Notes under the pieces: model-generated
What the model saw: only the letters and a program-made list of their open reading frames with translations
Told to the model about the DNA's origin: nothing
The model's database searches: none
Part shown: piece after piece, positions 38,664 to 51,025 of the stretch
How positions within the stretch are numbered: the stretch's first letter is position 1
Layout of the letters: every line of letters starts with the position of its first letter
Program-made: the position numbers and the translations under genes
NCBI RefSeq assembly: GCF_041146345.1
Contig: NW_027191403.1
Location: 62,001 to 126,000 of the forward strand
Origin: Neodothiora populina
Lineage: Eukaryota
DNA: 64,000 nucleotides
Direction: 5' to 3'

Positions 38664-40572
38664 GCGGGATCAACCTCTGCTGCTTGTACACAACATGTCG
38701 GGTCGGTAGATCTGAGGCTGTCTGGTTTTGATCAGGCATTCGGAATTCCGTTATTGTTTGGTATCAGTACATGTAAGACGTCGAAACGTAATTAATTTAC
38801 TGTGAGAGACGTTTTGCGGGTTCTGTCTATCTTTCCTGCTATTGCGACAGACAAAGTCGGCATCGAACCCTCCTACTTGCGAAAGGACAAGACTAGCGGA
38901 CGTAAAGAAAGATCTACTGTACACAACCTCCTTGCAGGGATCATATCCAGCTTTCGGACATGCGCACGAGAACGCCATATCGACATGCATATGCACAAGC
39001 ATGCAGGGATCCGAGATTGGGCAAACGACAATCATCGTAGTGATAGACCAACCATATCTGCCAAGAGTATGAGGGCAGTCGGCGGTGTGGCGCAACGTGT
39101 AAAGATCGATAACCAGACGTGCCTCTTCTCAGCCGTGACCGGTTATTAGTCGACCTTACTTTTGATACATCCGATTGACAGGGTTTGTATGCAGCCCAAT
39201 AGCATCACTGATCCAAACCCCTTGCTTCATCGAAAGCGATCATCAGCCTCAACACCTGGAGGACGCACAACACGAAGATCTCTTTCTGTCTCCCAAGGAT
39301 AAGCGCAGCTGAACACAGCAAAGTACATGCACAACCAGTGACTGTCGCACTCCTTTCACCGCATGCAGTCAATCCTGATCCTTCCCGATGAAAGACCCCT
39401 GCATAAACGACTACTGCACTGCCGCGCTGCTGCATAAACCGTTGTCACAGCTGTGCCCTGTCACTGCGTCGCCTACTGTGCTAGCATTAGACGAAAGATT
39501 ATCTCAGGTATAAAGAAAGCGCGAACGTTTTCTGGAGGTTCAAGAGAGTGCGCAAGGGCAGGTCACATGCTGCAACCTCCGCTTTCATTGCTTTGGCACC
39601 CGGGGACTTCGTGGCCCGTTCGTGAGCGGAGGAATGAAGTTCTTGATTCTAGTGCAAGTGTCGAAATGATGTGACGCTTCTGCAGTCGGCTGCATATGCT
39701 ATGCACACGGACGGGGAGCTTGCTTTGTGATGCGTCACGGGGATGGAGTGCGACTCAACGCGTTTCTTTCCTTGTATTCTTCCCGCCTCGACATTAGCAT
39801 GTCTGCAGCGCTCGGTTATACCTGACTTTCGAATTGGCGTCAACGTACTAGACAGTCCTGGCGCTCAATGTCGCAGTATAGCAGGCCACGCACGCGCTCT
39901 TGTGTGGAATCTTCGTCATCTCATTCAGGCAGGTCTTGCCTTTCGGAGGCACAGGACAATTCATTGGTGCTGATGCGATGATGAGAGGATCAGAATTGCC
40001 AACTTCATATTCATGTCATCGATCGGCCTAGCTTCTGGCCCTTGTGAGAAAGACCCGGTGCATGTTCTGCTGGGGCAGGTTGTCAGGATCTGGTTCTTCG
40101 TTGGACTAGGCAGTCAATTGGTCTTGTTCAGGTCACGTAGACGAACAAAGATAGGAAGAGGAAAGTATGCTCATGGCCATCCCCATGAATTGACCTTATT
40201 ATACTGCATCCTATCTATAGCCCGTAATGATAGTGACCAAACTCCACACTCCATAGCCATCTTCTTTTTTTTTGTTGGTCTCTCTTTCCGTCTGCTGTAG
40301 TAGTCCGATGTCTGTCCTTTGCCCCCCGTTTCCGACCCGAGACCATATAGCACCGTTAGTCCGCCAGATACCACGATTCCATAGCCTAGATCCGTCCTCT
40401 GATCACTCTGATTCTCTTCTTGTGACAAGATGCCTGCTTTTCCAACTGCCATTTTCCCTCTGTAGTCCGCTTGCCCCGTAAGATAGACAGTCCATAGGAC
40501 CTGTGAACTCCTCTCAAGGTTCGAATTCAACCAACTTTATGTCCCCTATCGTACGCCAATGGCGGATGCACA

Positions 40573-42138
40573 TCACTGGCAGCCAAAGGAAGAAGCAGAA
40601 TTGACGTCCCCACCAAGGTAAACCTGCATCTTAGGGTAAGCGCAAAGCGGTCTCGTGGCGTTCCCGACCGGAGAAGTAGCAGGTAGGGTTTCGGGTGCAC
40701 TGTCGTTCTCGACCCAGTCGACCAGGGCACCGAGGATATCATCTGGATAAGCACCGATACCGCCGCCGCAATGCTGAACACCGGGAGAAGTAAAGAGTCG
40801 GAAGAAAGAGTCGACATCAGAGTCGAGAGCAGCAACGTTCTCGTAGTAGTTGAAGGTACCGTTCGTGAAAATCAGCTGATCCGAGAGGCCGTGCCAGCTA
40901 ATCATCTTGCCACCGCGAGCCTTGAACTCGGATAGGTCTGGGTCGTCGGTACCGATGAGGGACTTGAATCTCTGGTCGGAGCGATGGAAGGCTTTAGCGT
41001 AATCCTGATAGCTCATCGAGGAGAAGTCGTATTCGCCATCTTCCATAAGGTAAAGAGCGATCCAATCTTGGGAGGTGTCAAAAGCCGCACCATAGCAGTC
41101 GGTGTTGTTCTCTGAGCAGTCAGTTCCCGCAAGACTGTTCAATGGAGCAGCCATAGTCAAGCCAAACCAAAGGTCCTCGTCGGTTTCCATATCTCTGGCG
41201 CCCTGCCAAATCTTCTGAACAATTTCGACCGTCTTGGGATTAATGGTTGAGTCTGTTCCATTGCATGAGTATGGCTTTCCAGCAGCGCCGGAGACATCGT
41301 AAGGGCATGTGTAAGGGCTGGAGATGACGCCGTCTCTGACGCCGTCCAGTTCATCACACTCGTCCATGAGAAAGTCATTCACCGCAGCGAATTCGCACGA
41401 AGGGGGCCAGTATCCAACCTGAGTCATGACAAGTTGGGGCCAGAACTCGGCGGGAATGAACTTGTGCCAGTTGATAGCAGGAGCCATCGCGAGAATACCA
41501 TCGTAATCCGTCGGATACCGCTGAGCATGCATGAGGCCTTGTCTGCCACCTGTAGAGCAGCCAGCCCAGTACGAATACTTAGGAGCTTCACCATAATACG
41601 CTGCAGTGACGAGCTTGCCAAACTGTGTCATGTCGTCGAGGCCTGTAGCAGCAAATGTGTCGAGAGCGTATAGATTGACATTGCCAGGACTGACCAATGC
41701 CCAATCAGTCACTGGACCGCTGAGCCCGCCGTCAGTGTTTGCAGCTGCGTAACCAAGATTTACAGCAGGTGCAAGAACACTGGCACCAAGTCCCATGACC
41801 CAACCGCCGCCACCGGTACCTTGGAAACGTCCATTCCATTTGTCGGGGGTGGGGAGCCAAACGGAGACATGGATGTTGTCGCCTTTGCCTGGGTGTTCAT
41901 AGGTAATAGTGACATTGCAGAACTCGAGATTGGTCAGGTTACCTGCCTGGACCTGACCATTGATCTGAGTCGTGATGTCAAATCCAGTGACAGTTTCAGC
42001 AGTCACATCGAGAATGTTGGTGCCAATGACATTGGGTTTGCCAATCGTGGCACTGTCACATCCATTAGAGATGGGCGCCGCGATCGCAAAGCCGAGCAGC
42101 AAGCCTGCGGCAGTGACTAGTTGGCGTCGGAAGGTCAT
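40573..42138 (-). CDS. Secreted tannase / feruloyl esterase (tannase family)
   Basis: Signal peptide, WNGRFQGTGGGG, the GCSTGGRQG nucleophile motif, WHGLSD, and PGVQHC (CS-D-HC motif). Intronless. Confidence 0.93.
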   Translation of the reverse strand: MTFRRQLVTAAGLLLGFAIAAPISNGCDSATIGKPNVIGTNILDVTAETVTGFDITTQINGQVQAGNLTNLEFCNVTITYEHPGKGDNIHVSVWLPTPDKWNGRFQGTGGGGWVMGLGASVLAPAVNLGYAAANTDGGLSGPVTDWALVSPGNVNLYALDTFAATGLDDMTQFGKLVTAAYYGEAPKYSYWAGCSTGGRQGLMHAQRYPTDYDGILAMAPAINWHKFIPAEFWPQLVMTQVGYWPPSCEFAAVNDFLMDECDELDGVRDGVISSPYTCPYDVSGAAGKPYSCNGTDSTINPKTVEIVQKIWQGARDMETDEDLWFGLTMAAPLNSLAGTDCSENNTDCYGAAFDTSQDWIALYLMEDGEYDFSSMSYQDYAKAFHRSDQRFKSLIGTDDPDLSEFKARGGKMISWHGLSDQLIFTNGTFNYYENVAALDSDVDSFFRLFTSPGVQHCGGGIGAYPDDILGALVDWVENDSAPETLPATSPVGNATRPLCAYPKMQVYLGGDVNSASSFGCQ

Positions 42139-42400
42139 ATTGGATGGAAGCAATGATTTGGCTGTATCAAGAATGATTTGATAGCCTAGGTTGGAACGAA
42201 TGCGTAAAGTGCTTGATTGCTGATGATTCTTCTATCTGCACGGCGAGGAACATCCTCTTTATACTTGATTCTGTTGCCTATTCGACTCAACGCAACTGGT
42301 GATATCCATTGCGGACTTCCGCCGACGCGATTGCGATCGAAGATGGTGGTTAGGTAGACTTGCCTCCGGTACGCGATTGTTCACGATTCAGCGTGTGCGA

Positions 42401-42506
42401 GCGGTAATTGCGGCCTTGGTCAAAAACCATGAAGCTTCCAGTAGAGTTGTTGATGTTAAGTTAAAGTTCTGGTTTGAATGGACATGGGCGGTAATTGCGG
42501 CCTTGG
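42401..42506. promoter_or_regulatory. Two identical 19-bp copies GCGGTAATTGCGGCCTTGG (42401-42419, 42488-42506) in the esterase promoter
   Basis: Exact direct repeat containing CGG-N6-CGG, upstream of the TATA-like GTATAAAAG (~42256-42264, minus strand). Confidence 0.6.
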
Positions 42507-43998
42507 ATGAGAGACAGCAAGTGTGAGCTTGAGAAGTTGAACTGGAGGTCTTGAGCATCCTGGGGTAATCATGTACAGAAAGGAAGCGAGACTCTTATTG
42601 CGGGTACGAACCCGCTCCACATATTGTATAGTGAGCCAGAGATCGGGACGATCAGAAATTCCCAGGCCATAGCCAATGGATTTTTCGTTCTTCCTGTTTG
42701 ATATTCGAACTCAAGCTTGGATGGGTAGCACTTACGGAGACAATCTGACGAATATCATCTATCTCTTTCAAACTCAAAATACCTTTTCTATCTTGCTTGT
42801 AGCAATGATCAACATTCTCTCTCTTGTCCCTTCTGACGGGTATCGTAGATTGGTTACGATGGACCGACAGCGATCGACGAGATTCATCGTGACTACGAGC
42901 CGCTCCGCTGCGTTGTCAGAATGTTTTGAAGGTTCTTCGAACGATCATCGATGCAAAGCAGTTCGATTTAGCATGCACTACAGTAAGAAAACTGCACGGC
43001 CGAAATCGAAATTTGGCAAGTATTGTCCCGACAGACGACTTGAGCAGACGACGGATACCATTGAGGTATGTGGCTTAAATCCTGTTAAGCGAGAGATCGA
43101 TGATGATCACCGCTAAGGTGGAAATCTCATACTGGTAAGGCGCCCGGATACATCGCTCTGCCAATGGTAGATCGCCCTTCGAAAGTAAAGTCGTATGCAA
43201 TCGAGGTCGTGAACCACAATGGTGTGATGCTGGGGAGATACTAGTGGGTAGAGATGGACAAACCAAAATACTAGGCGACCCGTGTATTCCGCTGGGGCAA
43301 TGTGCCAGCTGATCCTGCGAAGGAGCCACTGCCATGGAACGTATAGTATCTCTACTTTTGGAGCAGCAAGCTAGACAACAGTTCAAATAAGATCCTTTGT
43401 AGATGGATCCGCATCGACAGTAACGGGAAGGACGGGAACTAGTGAAGGGGATGGAGATGTGATCCCCAGCTTCCGCTCCGCTCCCACTACCCTTTGGGGG
43501 AGGTGGGCCAGTGCACAAAATTGGCACCAGTTCGCCATGCTCCTGCTTGTTCTAGATTTTCGCCAAGTTATAAGTGTGGATAGAGGCGCAACACATGCTG
43601 GTAGCGCCTTATATTCCGCCGGTGAGGTGCATTGATAACCTCTTAGGGTCAAAGTGTGAACGCCGAGAGAAGCTCCCTTACAGATAGATGCAATATCGGA
43701 GTCTTCTCAAATAGCGACGCAGCATCCATGCGCAGCTGCAAGTACAGTCACCGTGAAACGGACGATGCAAGCAATAGCTGCACGGTCTGCTGTCACGGTG
43801 AACAATTACAGTACATCCGCCAGAGCAACATCGGTAGCGGATGACAAGGCTGCGCTGACAAGGGGGGCGGAGGGAACCAAGCAAGGAGCGAATCAAAAGT
43901 TCACAGTCATACTTGTAAATTCAAAGTCAAGAGACATAAGGCGGTTGCTGCGGCTTTGCTTTACTTTCCATCCTGTCGCGAAAGGAAGAAAGCCTTTC

Positions 43999-44031
43999 GG
44001 TGGCTGTCGTGGTGGCTGTCGTGGTGGCTGT
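43999..44031. repeat. 12-bp tandem repeat (GGTGGCTGTCGT) x ~2.8
   Basis: Read directly from the sequence. Confidence 0.85.
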
Positions 44032-44597
44032 AGGATTGGTCGCGAGCGTCCACTTTCTGAAATCCTACGTGAAGCGACGCCTTGTGTCGAATATAAATCC
44101 TCCTGCCGGATGGAGGTATTGGTTACCTCGAGTGTGCTCACGCTGTAGTTGCCAGCGCAACTAATGTTTTCTTGCTTCGATGTCGAGAATTTGTGGAAGG
44201 ATCACGCTAGATCCACCGACACGTGGGGGGTTTGGCTATACACTAGCGTGATACCTCGAGAAGCCAAGGTACATGGGACCCTTTGATATCGGCAGTGGTT
44301 CACTTGGGAGATGGGCTCATCCAGGTTGCTCTTGAAACGGTAATCAATCCAATACTTGATTATCTTGGCCTAGGAGAGATCAGAGATCCAATCGCTTGGG
44401 ATGCGACGGGCGACGTCCGTTTATCGTTCCCACGTGCTACTGTCGTGGTTTAGAGAGTACAGCACCACGCTTGAAGGATACACGATGAGAGCGACCCTCT
44501 TACTGGCGCTCGGATCAATAGTGATATGATCTATACCAATCAGAATATATAGGAATCACTCTCTCTTCCTTCTTCTACCGCTCCGTCAAGCGCAGTC

Positions 44598-45784
44598 TTA
44601 TCCGCTTCTTGCTAGCCTCGCCTTCATGACTGCTTGCATGTCCTTGTTGTCTGAATAGACAGGCTTAGACTTGCCCTCCAAAAGTCCAACCGTGTAGTCC
44701 TCGAGACTTCTGAATTTGAATTCAGGGTAGAGTTCTTTTGCGTCCAGATAGCCCAAGTACTTTGCGTTTTGTGGAGTATTGTCGGCGCGCGCCCCCCACG
44801 AAATCTTGTACTGGACGCCTACCTTATCGACCATAGCCACCAGATCGGTCGGGTCTTTTTCGAGAGCCTTGTTGAGCTCGTTGAGCTGTTTGTATAGGGT
44901 CTCGGCAGGAATGTACTCTCGAGTGAGCGTTTCTCCAGAAAGCCGCTGCACCATCTCGTAAACCTGGTTTGGAGTGAAGATTTCATTGTGCGCGAAGACG
45001 TATTTGTTTAGTGTACGGTCGTCGGCGATGATTGCAGCGACGTAACGTCCAATGTCGAGAAGGTCGGTGAGAGCACCGTGGGTCTCTCCATCGCCAACAA
45101 GGATGTTGAATAAGTCTTGGCTGCCGGAGAAGTAGTCGGTCTTTCCACTAGGGACTCGAGGGATGGTGAGCTGATACCACCATCCCACGTCGATGATGGT
45201 GTAGGGGACCTTGATGACTTTGATGTGGTTGTAGACTTCTTCTTTCTTTTCGTTCTGTTAGTGCACTGTCCATGACACAGTCAGAAGTCCGAGAAGAGAG
45301 ATAAAGACATACCGCATCCCTCAACATCATAACCCCACCAGCAGGCACGATGGGCATGAATGCACACGGCACGAACCTCTTCACGCCAGCCTCGAGAGCC
45401 GCATCAGCCAATGGCATCTGACTTTGCAACTCCATTGCACTTATTGCGGAGATCACGACATCAGTCCCTTTCAGTGCCCGGACAAGGTCTTCTTTAGGGC
45501 CGCTCAGATCGGTAGGAATGATATCGATCCCACGGGATTTGAGAGCCTGATTGGCGGGTTTGGATATAGATTGAGGACGCAAGAGGGCGGCTATAGACTT
45601 TTGTGTGAGCTACTGTTTAGTGAACCTCTGAGTGTGATTCAAATATGCATTCATGAATAGGTCTTAGAAGGGGATACAATGGGAAAAGACGTACGAAGTT
45701 GCCATGCTCGACCAGGCCATTGACTATAGACGAGCCTGTCTCACCTGCTGCGCCTAGGACAGCGACGCGGATAGTGGGAGACAT
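44598..45784 (-). CDS. NmrA-like / isoflavone-reductase-like NAD(P)-binding protein (3 exons)
   Basis: MSPTIRVAVLGAAGETGSSIV Rossmann motif, DVVISA, AGVKRFVP, YTIIDVGWW and DIGRYVA. Intron donors GTACGT (45694) and GTATGT (~45312). Confidence 0.9.
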
Positions 45785-46635
45785 AATGCACGATATTCAC
45801 TTGAGGTCTGAAACAAGACGAGTGAGGGACGCCGATGATGAACTATCGGTCTCGCTAACCACACGACCTTGGTTGATATATAAGTAAAACGGACACGCAG
45901 ATCATCTACCTTTTGTTTTGGATTCACACTCTTTTTGTGCATGTATTTCCAATCAACCCCGGCTTTCGGTCTTGATAGGGAAAAGATAGGTACTATGGAA
46001 CAAGATCGTCATACCGCGACACCCGGTCAAAGTGGATCGGTGCAATATCACGAGATGCGACGCGGGTGCGGTGTAACAAACATATGCACCTCGGAGCCAT
46101 TTAATCATGTCCTCATCAATCTACCAGTTTTCGTCATGCACCACCTACCAGCTCTCCATAAGCAACGGAGGGACTGACACGAAAAGATCCGTGTGTTCTT
46201 CATCTGTTCAAGCATGTAGGGAGATGTCGGATTTGTAATCCCACCGTCTTGTGTCTTTCTTGCATTGTAAGAGGTGATGTTCTGGAATGATCGGAGCAAA
46301 GATGCACCGAGTCATGTGTCTGCCTATTTTGGGTGTCTTACTGGAAGGGCATGTTACAACGACAGACATTGTGAAGGCTCGAGGATCGTGGATGGATGGG
46401 CTATAGTGTGAATACCTCAGGTAAGGTAGGGTCCTTCTGTGGAGTACTTTAAGGTAAGCAGGTCACGGCGGCTGCCAAGCTCCGTCCCCCAATGAACTAT
46501 GATGCGCTTGTCTTATCTGATCATATCTTGCCCTCCACAGATCTAAAAGATGCACGGAATATCATCAAATCACATGAACTGATCGACGACGAGTATGCTG
46601 TGTAACACGTCGACCATCTGCGCCTTTCATTCTCC

Positions 46636-48014
46636 ATGATGCGGTCAGCACTAGGATACAGCCTGGAGGCCAAGTGCTCCGTAGGTCTCATTCGCAGGAC
46701 ATGTCACGGCTAATCAAAACATTGATCAGGTGTGCAGGTCACCAAAGCACGTGCAGCCACCTTGTTGCTGCCTCATGGACCTGTCAAGTTGCCCATCTTT
46801 ATGCCCGTCGCCACGCAGGCTTCGCTGAAAGGGTTGACGCCGAAACAATTGGAGGATACTAGCTGTCGCTTGTGTTTGAATAATACCTATCATTTGTAGG
46901 TCTGGTCACGTGGTCCGACAAATACAGATGCCTGACCAGTTCGCAGAGGGCTGAAACCCGGTCAAGCAATCCTGGATGCCATTGGAGGTGCACATAAGTT
47001 GCAGTCATGGCCTCACAATTTATTGACAGACAGCGGAGGCTTCCAGATGGTCTCTCTGCTGAAACTGGCCAAGGTCACCGAAGAGGGCGTGCGCTTCTTG
47101 AGTCCTCATGATGGATCGCCCATGCTCCTGACTCCCGAGCACTCGATATCGCTACAGAACTCCATCGGGTCCGACATCATGATGCAGCTCGACGATGTCA
47201 TAGCCACGACTTCCCCCGACCACGCTCGTATCGAAGAAGCCATGCATCGATCTATCCGCTGGCTGGACCGATGCATCGCCGCACATGCCAAACCGGAAAC
47301 ACAAAATCTGTTTTGTATCATCCAAGGCGGATTGGATCTTGACTTGCGACGACAGTGCTGCGAGGCCATGGTCGCTCGAGACACGCCTGGGATCGCCATC
47401 GGGGGTTTGTCTGGAGGAGAAGCAAAGTCAGAGTACTGCAAAGTCGTCGACACTTGCACGGGTCTTTTGCCGGAGAAGAAGCCGAGATATGTCATGGGAG
47501 TGGGCTATCCCGAGGACCTCGTTGTGTCTGTCGCACTGGGTGCCGATATGTTCGACTGCGTCTGGCCCACGCGGACGGCTGTAAGTCTTTCTTTTTGACC
47601 TACCATTGTTCTATCATATCTGACCCACGACAACAGCGCTTCGGCAACGCCGTCACCTCGCGAGGCGTCCTGAACCTCAAGCACGCCACGTACGCAAACG
47701 ACTTCGGACCGGTCGAAGAAGGCTGCCAATGCACGACATGCCGGCCGACATCTGAAGCAGGACTCGGCATATCAAAAGCATACATATACCATCTGGCAGC
47801 CAAAGAGACCGCTGGAGCCCATCTGCTGAGCATCCACAACATTCATTACTTACTGGATCTCATGCGCCGGATCCGACTCGCTATCATCGAGGATCGGTAT
47901 CCTGGATTTTTGAAGTCGTATTTCAGCACGCTCTATTCTGGGGATAAGACGAAGTATCCGCAGTGGGCTGTTGATGCGTTGAAGGGTGTGGGGGTTGATT
48001 TGATGCAAGATTGA
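46636..48014 (+). CDS. QTRT1: Queuine tRNA-ribosyltransferase catalytic subunit (introns 46681-46737, 46896-46946, 47581-47636)
   Basis: [60 protein letters not shown], and the CxCxxC...HN zinc site. Confidence 0.95.
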
Positions 48015-48589
48015 GATTTCTCGACTGCATATCCTGTCCCCTGAGAATAAACAGAGACTGCACATCACGTCTGTCCAACATATCATCACACTACTACTCA
48101 CAAGTAGAAGCTCACAAAAACACAAGCCATAGCCGACTTGACTCGTATACCTTACCGTGCCATGACCTGCTGTAGTCTACATCTCAAATACAGAGGACAG
48201 ATTACTAGTACACTCCGGAGATAAGACTGCCATATCCACCGACTTTCTCTCATCCCCGTTTCCTTGCCCCTCCTCCGCCATTTCCTAACTGTCTTCTGCA
48301 TCTAGTAGATCAGTCTATATGAGTCACAGCCACAGTGCAATCGATCCACTTGACAGAAAGAGACACCGAAGGAAGTGGCGTCACACTACCGAGAAACAAG
48401 TATACGAAGGTGGTCTGGTCGAATGAGATTCTCGGAGTCAAGAGCCGGATCTAGGGACTCAACCCCGTGTGGACTACACAACTACGCCGATGCTAAGGGC
48501 ATGCAGTACTATACAACGGTAAGGTGAGGAGGTGCAACAGCCGATCTTTTCCTTTCTTTCTGTTGCCTGCTCTCCTCTCTTGTCACCGT

Positions 48590-49020
48590 GACCGCTGTGC
48601 CGGGACGAAAGGGCTGCGTATGGAGTGCACCTTACCTTGCGAGAGGCTCGCGGGCAGGGCATCAAGCACTGTCTGGTCGAGCCGGGCTTCTTTCGCACTG
48701 ATTTGTTGAACCCGAGCGCGAACATTGCGAAAGCAGACGCTGCGGCGAGGATACAGGACTATGCGGACCTCAATCAGACGCTAGAGTCGAGTTTTGATCA
48801 GTTTCATGGGCATCAGCTCGGTGATCCTGTCAAGGGTGCCGAGGGCATGTATGATGTGCTTACGTCTGCCGGGTGCGCTGCTGGGAGAGCGGTTCCCGAG
48901 TTTTTGCCGTTGGGTAGTGATGCCTGTGAGGACATGGGCAAGGCTGCCAGGAAGACGCTGGAGGCGATCTGCCTGCGGGGAAGTAGAGCCTCGTCTTCCC
49001 ATAAGCCATACGGAGTCTGA
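48590..49020 (+). pseudogene. C-terminal remnant of a short-chain dehydrogenase/reductase
   Basis: LVEPGFFRTD, GDPVKGA and LPLGSDA motifs. No N-terminal Rossmann (TGxxxG) segment is visible. Confidence 0.7.
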
Positions 49021-49102
49021 TGTGCGACACGGTGAATTGTATTTCAAGTGGTGCAAGTAAGCTACCTTGGCTACTGTGCCTGTCGGTGGTTGTAAACTTG
49101 GC

Positions 49103-49123
49103 GGGGGGGGGGGGGGGGGGGGG
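49103..49123. repeat. Poly-G tract (21 nt)
   Basis: Read directly from the sequence. Confidence 0.95.
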
Positions 49124-49354
49124 TGGCGGCGAAACGTGAAGCCGGGATTGCTATCCTTGGCAACTGTTGGCTGGACTTATCAGTGCACAGCCAGTAATCT
49201 ACTTGTACAGCACAATACAATCCACCAGATCGTCTGCCTCTCCGCTCATCTGTCCACCTCGACCTCCTCGGCGATTCCACTCGATCGAAGAACGTGCGGC
49301 GCGCATTCGACTACTGCGACGACAACCCCCTCGATCCTTCCGATTCCCGACGCT

Positions 49355-49487
49355 GAGAGCGAGCGAGCGAGCGACACGCAACACGCAACACGCAACACGC
49401 AAGACCGCGTCACACGGCGACGACACCCTCTCGACCCTGCGCCGGAAAGACGAAGGCGAAGACGAAGATGAAGATGAAGATGAAGAT
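49355..49487. repeat. Cluster of short tandem repeats (GAGC)n, (ACACGCA)n, (GAAGAT)n in the KRE9 5' region
   Basis: Read directly from the sequence. Confidence 0.85.
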
Positions 49488-50519
49488 GCGCACCCCTTCT
49501 CTTCTCCTCGCAGGCCTGAGTCTGATGGCCTTTGCGCCACAGGCACTCGCCGACTTCTACTTCAGCTCGCCCGTCGGAGGACAGTCGTATCCCGGAGGCA
49601 CTGCGCTCAAGGTCACCTTTGTCGACAACGGCAAGGCGCCCGCCGTCGCTGACTTGACGACTTACACTCTCAGTGTCTGCTACGGCGGAAACACTGCGGC
49701 CTCATATGTGCGTCGTTCTGTCCATCTGCAGTCAAGAGACGAGAGCCAACGCATCGAGGACTGGATGGCTTCATGGCAGCAGTGGCAAAGAGAAACAAAG
49801 ACACACGGCTGACGGGCAAACAGGAATGCAAGGTCTTGACCACCGGAGGCACCTTCACCACTCTCTCCGCCTCGGTCACGATTCCCCTGACGACGGGAGC
49901 CAGCAAGACAAATGCCTAGTAAGCTGCCGAACCCGCCAAGCACGAGACGACAAGAGAAGACAAGAAAACTGACATGGCCTCGTCGTGCAGCTTCATGAAG
50001 ATGGTCTCGACTTCCTCGACCGGCGGCACCGTCACCGACTTTTCCGACCGTTTCTCCCTCACCGGCATGACGGGAACCTTTTCCACCGCAGTCACCCAGG
50101 GCCTGGCTCAGGTCTCGGGGGATTCGGGTCCAATCGGCATCAACACCTTCACTCAGGCCTCGACCGCTTCCTCGGTCCCCGAGGCTGGTCTCTTCACCGT
50201 CCCCTTCCATCTCCAGACCGGCCTCGTCAAATACGCTCCCATGCAGCCTGTTCCTCCCACCAAGATCACCGCAAAGACTGCCTCTCGCATGAACCCCACC
50301 AGCGCCTACTCCATCGCCACCACCTACCTGGCTCCTCCCAGCGTCACTCTGACAGTCACCAACTCGCAGACCTTCTCCGTGTCCAGTGCCGAGAACACTG
50401 TATGTGCGCTGCCTTTCCTACTTTCCCAGGTCATACTGACTCTCTGCGACCAGATCGCCGCTGCGCAAACCCGGACCAAGGACGACATGGGCAACTGGCT
50501 CAGGAGATGGGCCGACTAG
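49486..50519 (+). CDS. KRE9: KRE9/KNH1-family cell wall beta-1,6-glucan biosynthesis protein (4 exons)
   Basis: Signal peptide, F.SP..G, SDRFSLTGMTG, FTVPFHLQTG..KYAPMQPVP.TKIT and the C-terminal L.RW.D. Introns at approximately 49708-49822, 49919-49990 and 50400-50453. Confidence 0.9.
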
Positions 50520-51025
50520 ATGTGACCCGACGCCAGTGGCGACACGGAAAACGCCGGCGATGCCCACAGAGGTACATTGAGGCGCATCTGGGGATTTTGT
50601 TTTTCCGTTCTTGCATATCGAGGGGCGTTTCACAGGGCGTTTGTTTGTTTGTCAAAGGACAAGGACCGAGGAAAGGTCTGTGTCGCATTGTCGTAGTACT
50701 CTTTTTTTATTTTATCATTGTTGTTCTGAGAACCTGCACTGCACGCGTGTGATCTAGAAGCCGCCTCTTGTGTAATGCATGTTGTTTCACAGCAGTAATG
50801 CCAACATGTCAAGTGATGATACCGGTATCACGAGGTTCGGACGAGCTACAAGTAGCCGCCGGGCTTGTTTTCAGACTGGAACATGGCGCGAAGAGCCAAA
50901 GCGTGTCAGTTCTCCCCCAGTCGTTCTGTGCGACCACCACAGGACAATTGCAGTGTTCACGCTCCAACACTTCGTGACCAACCAGTAGTGTCCTGCCTGT
51001 CAAGTGCCTCTGACCAAGCAAAGTC

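Noticed and set aside
42600..42620. GCGGGTACGAACCCGC hairpin resembling a tRNA T-arm (also GGTTCGAATTC at ~40518)
   Set aside because: No acceptor stem, D-arm or anticodon arm can be built around either.
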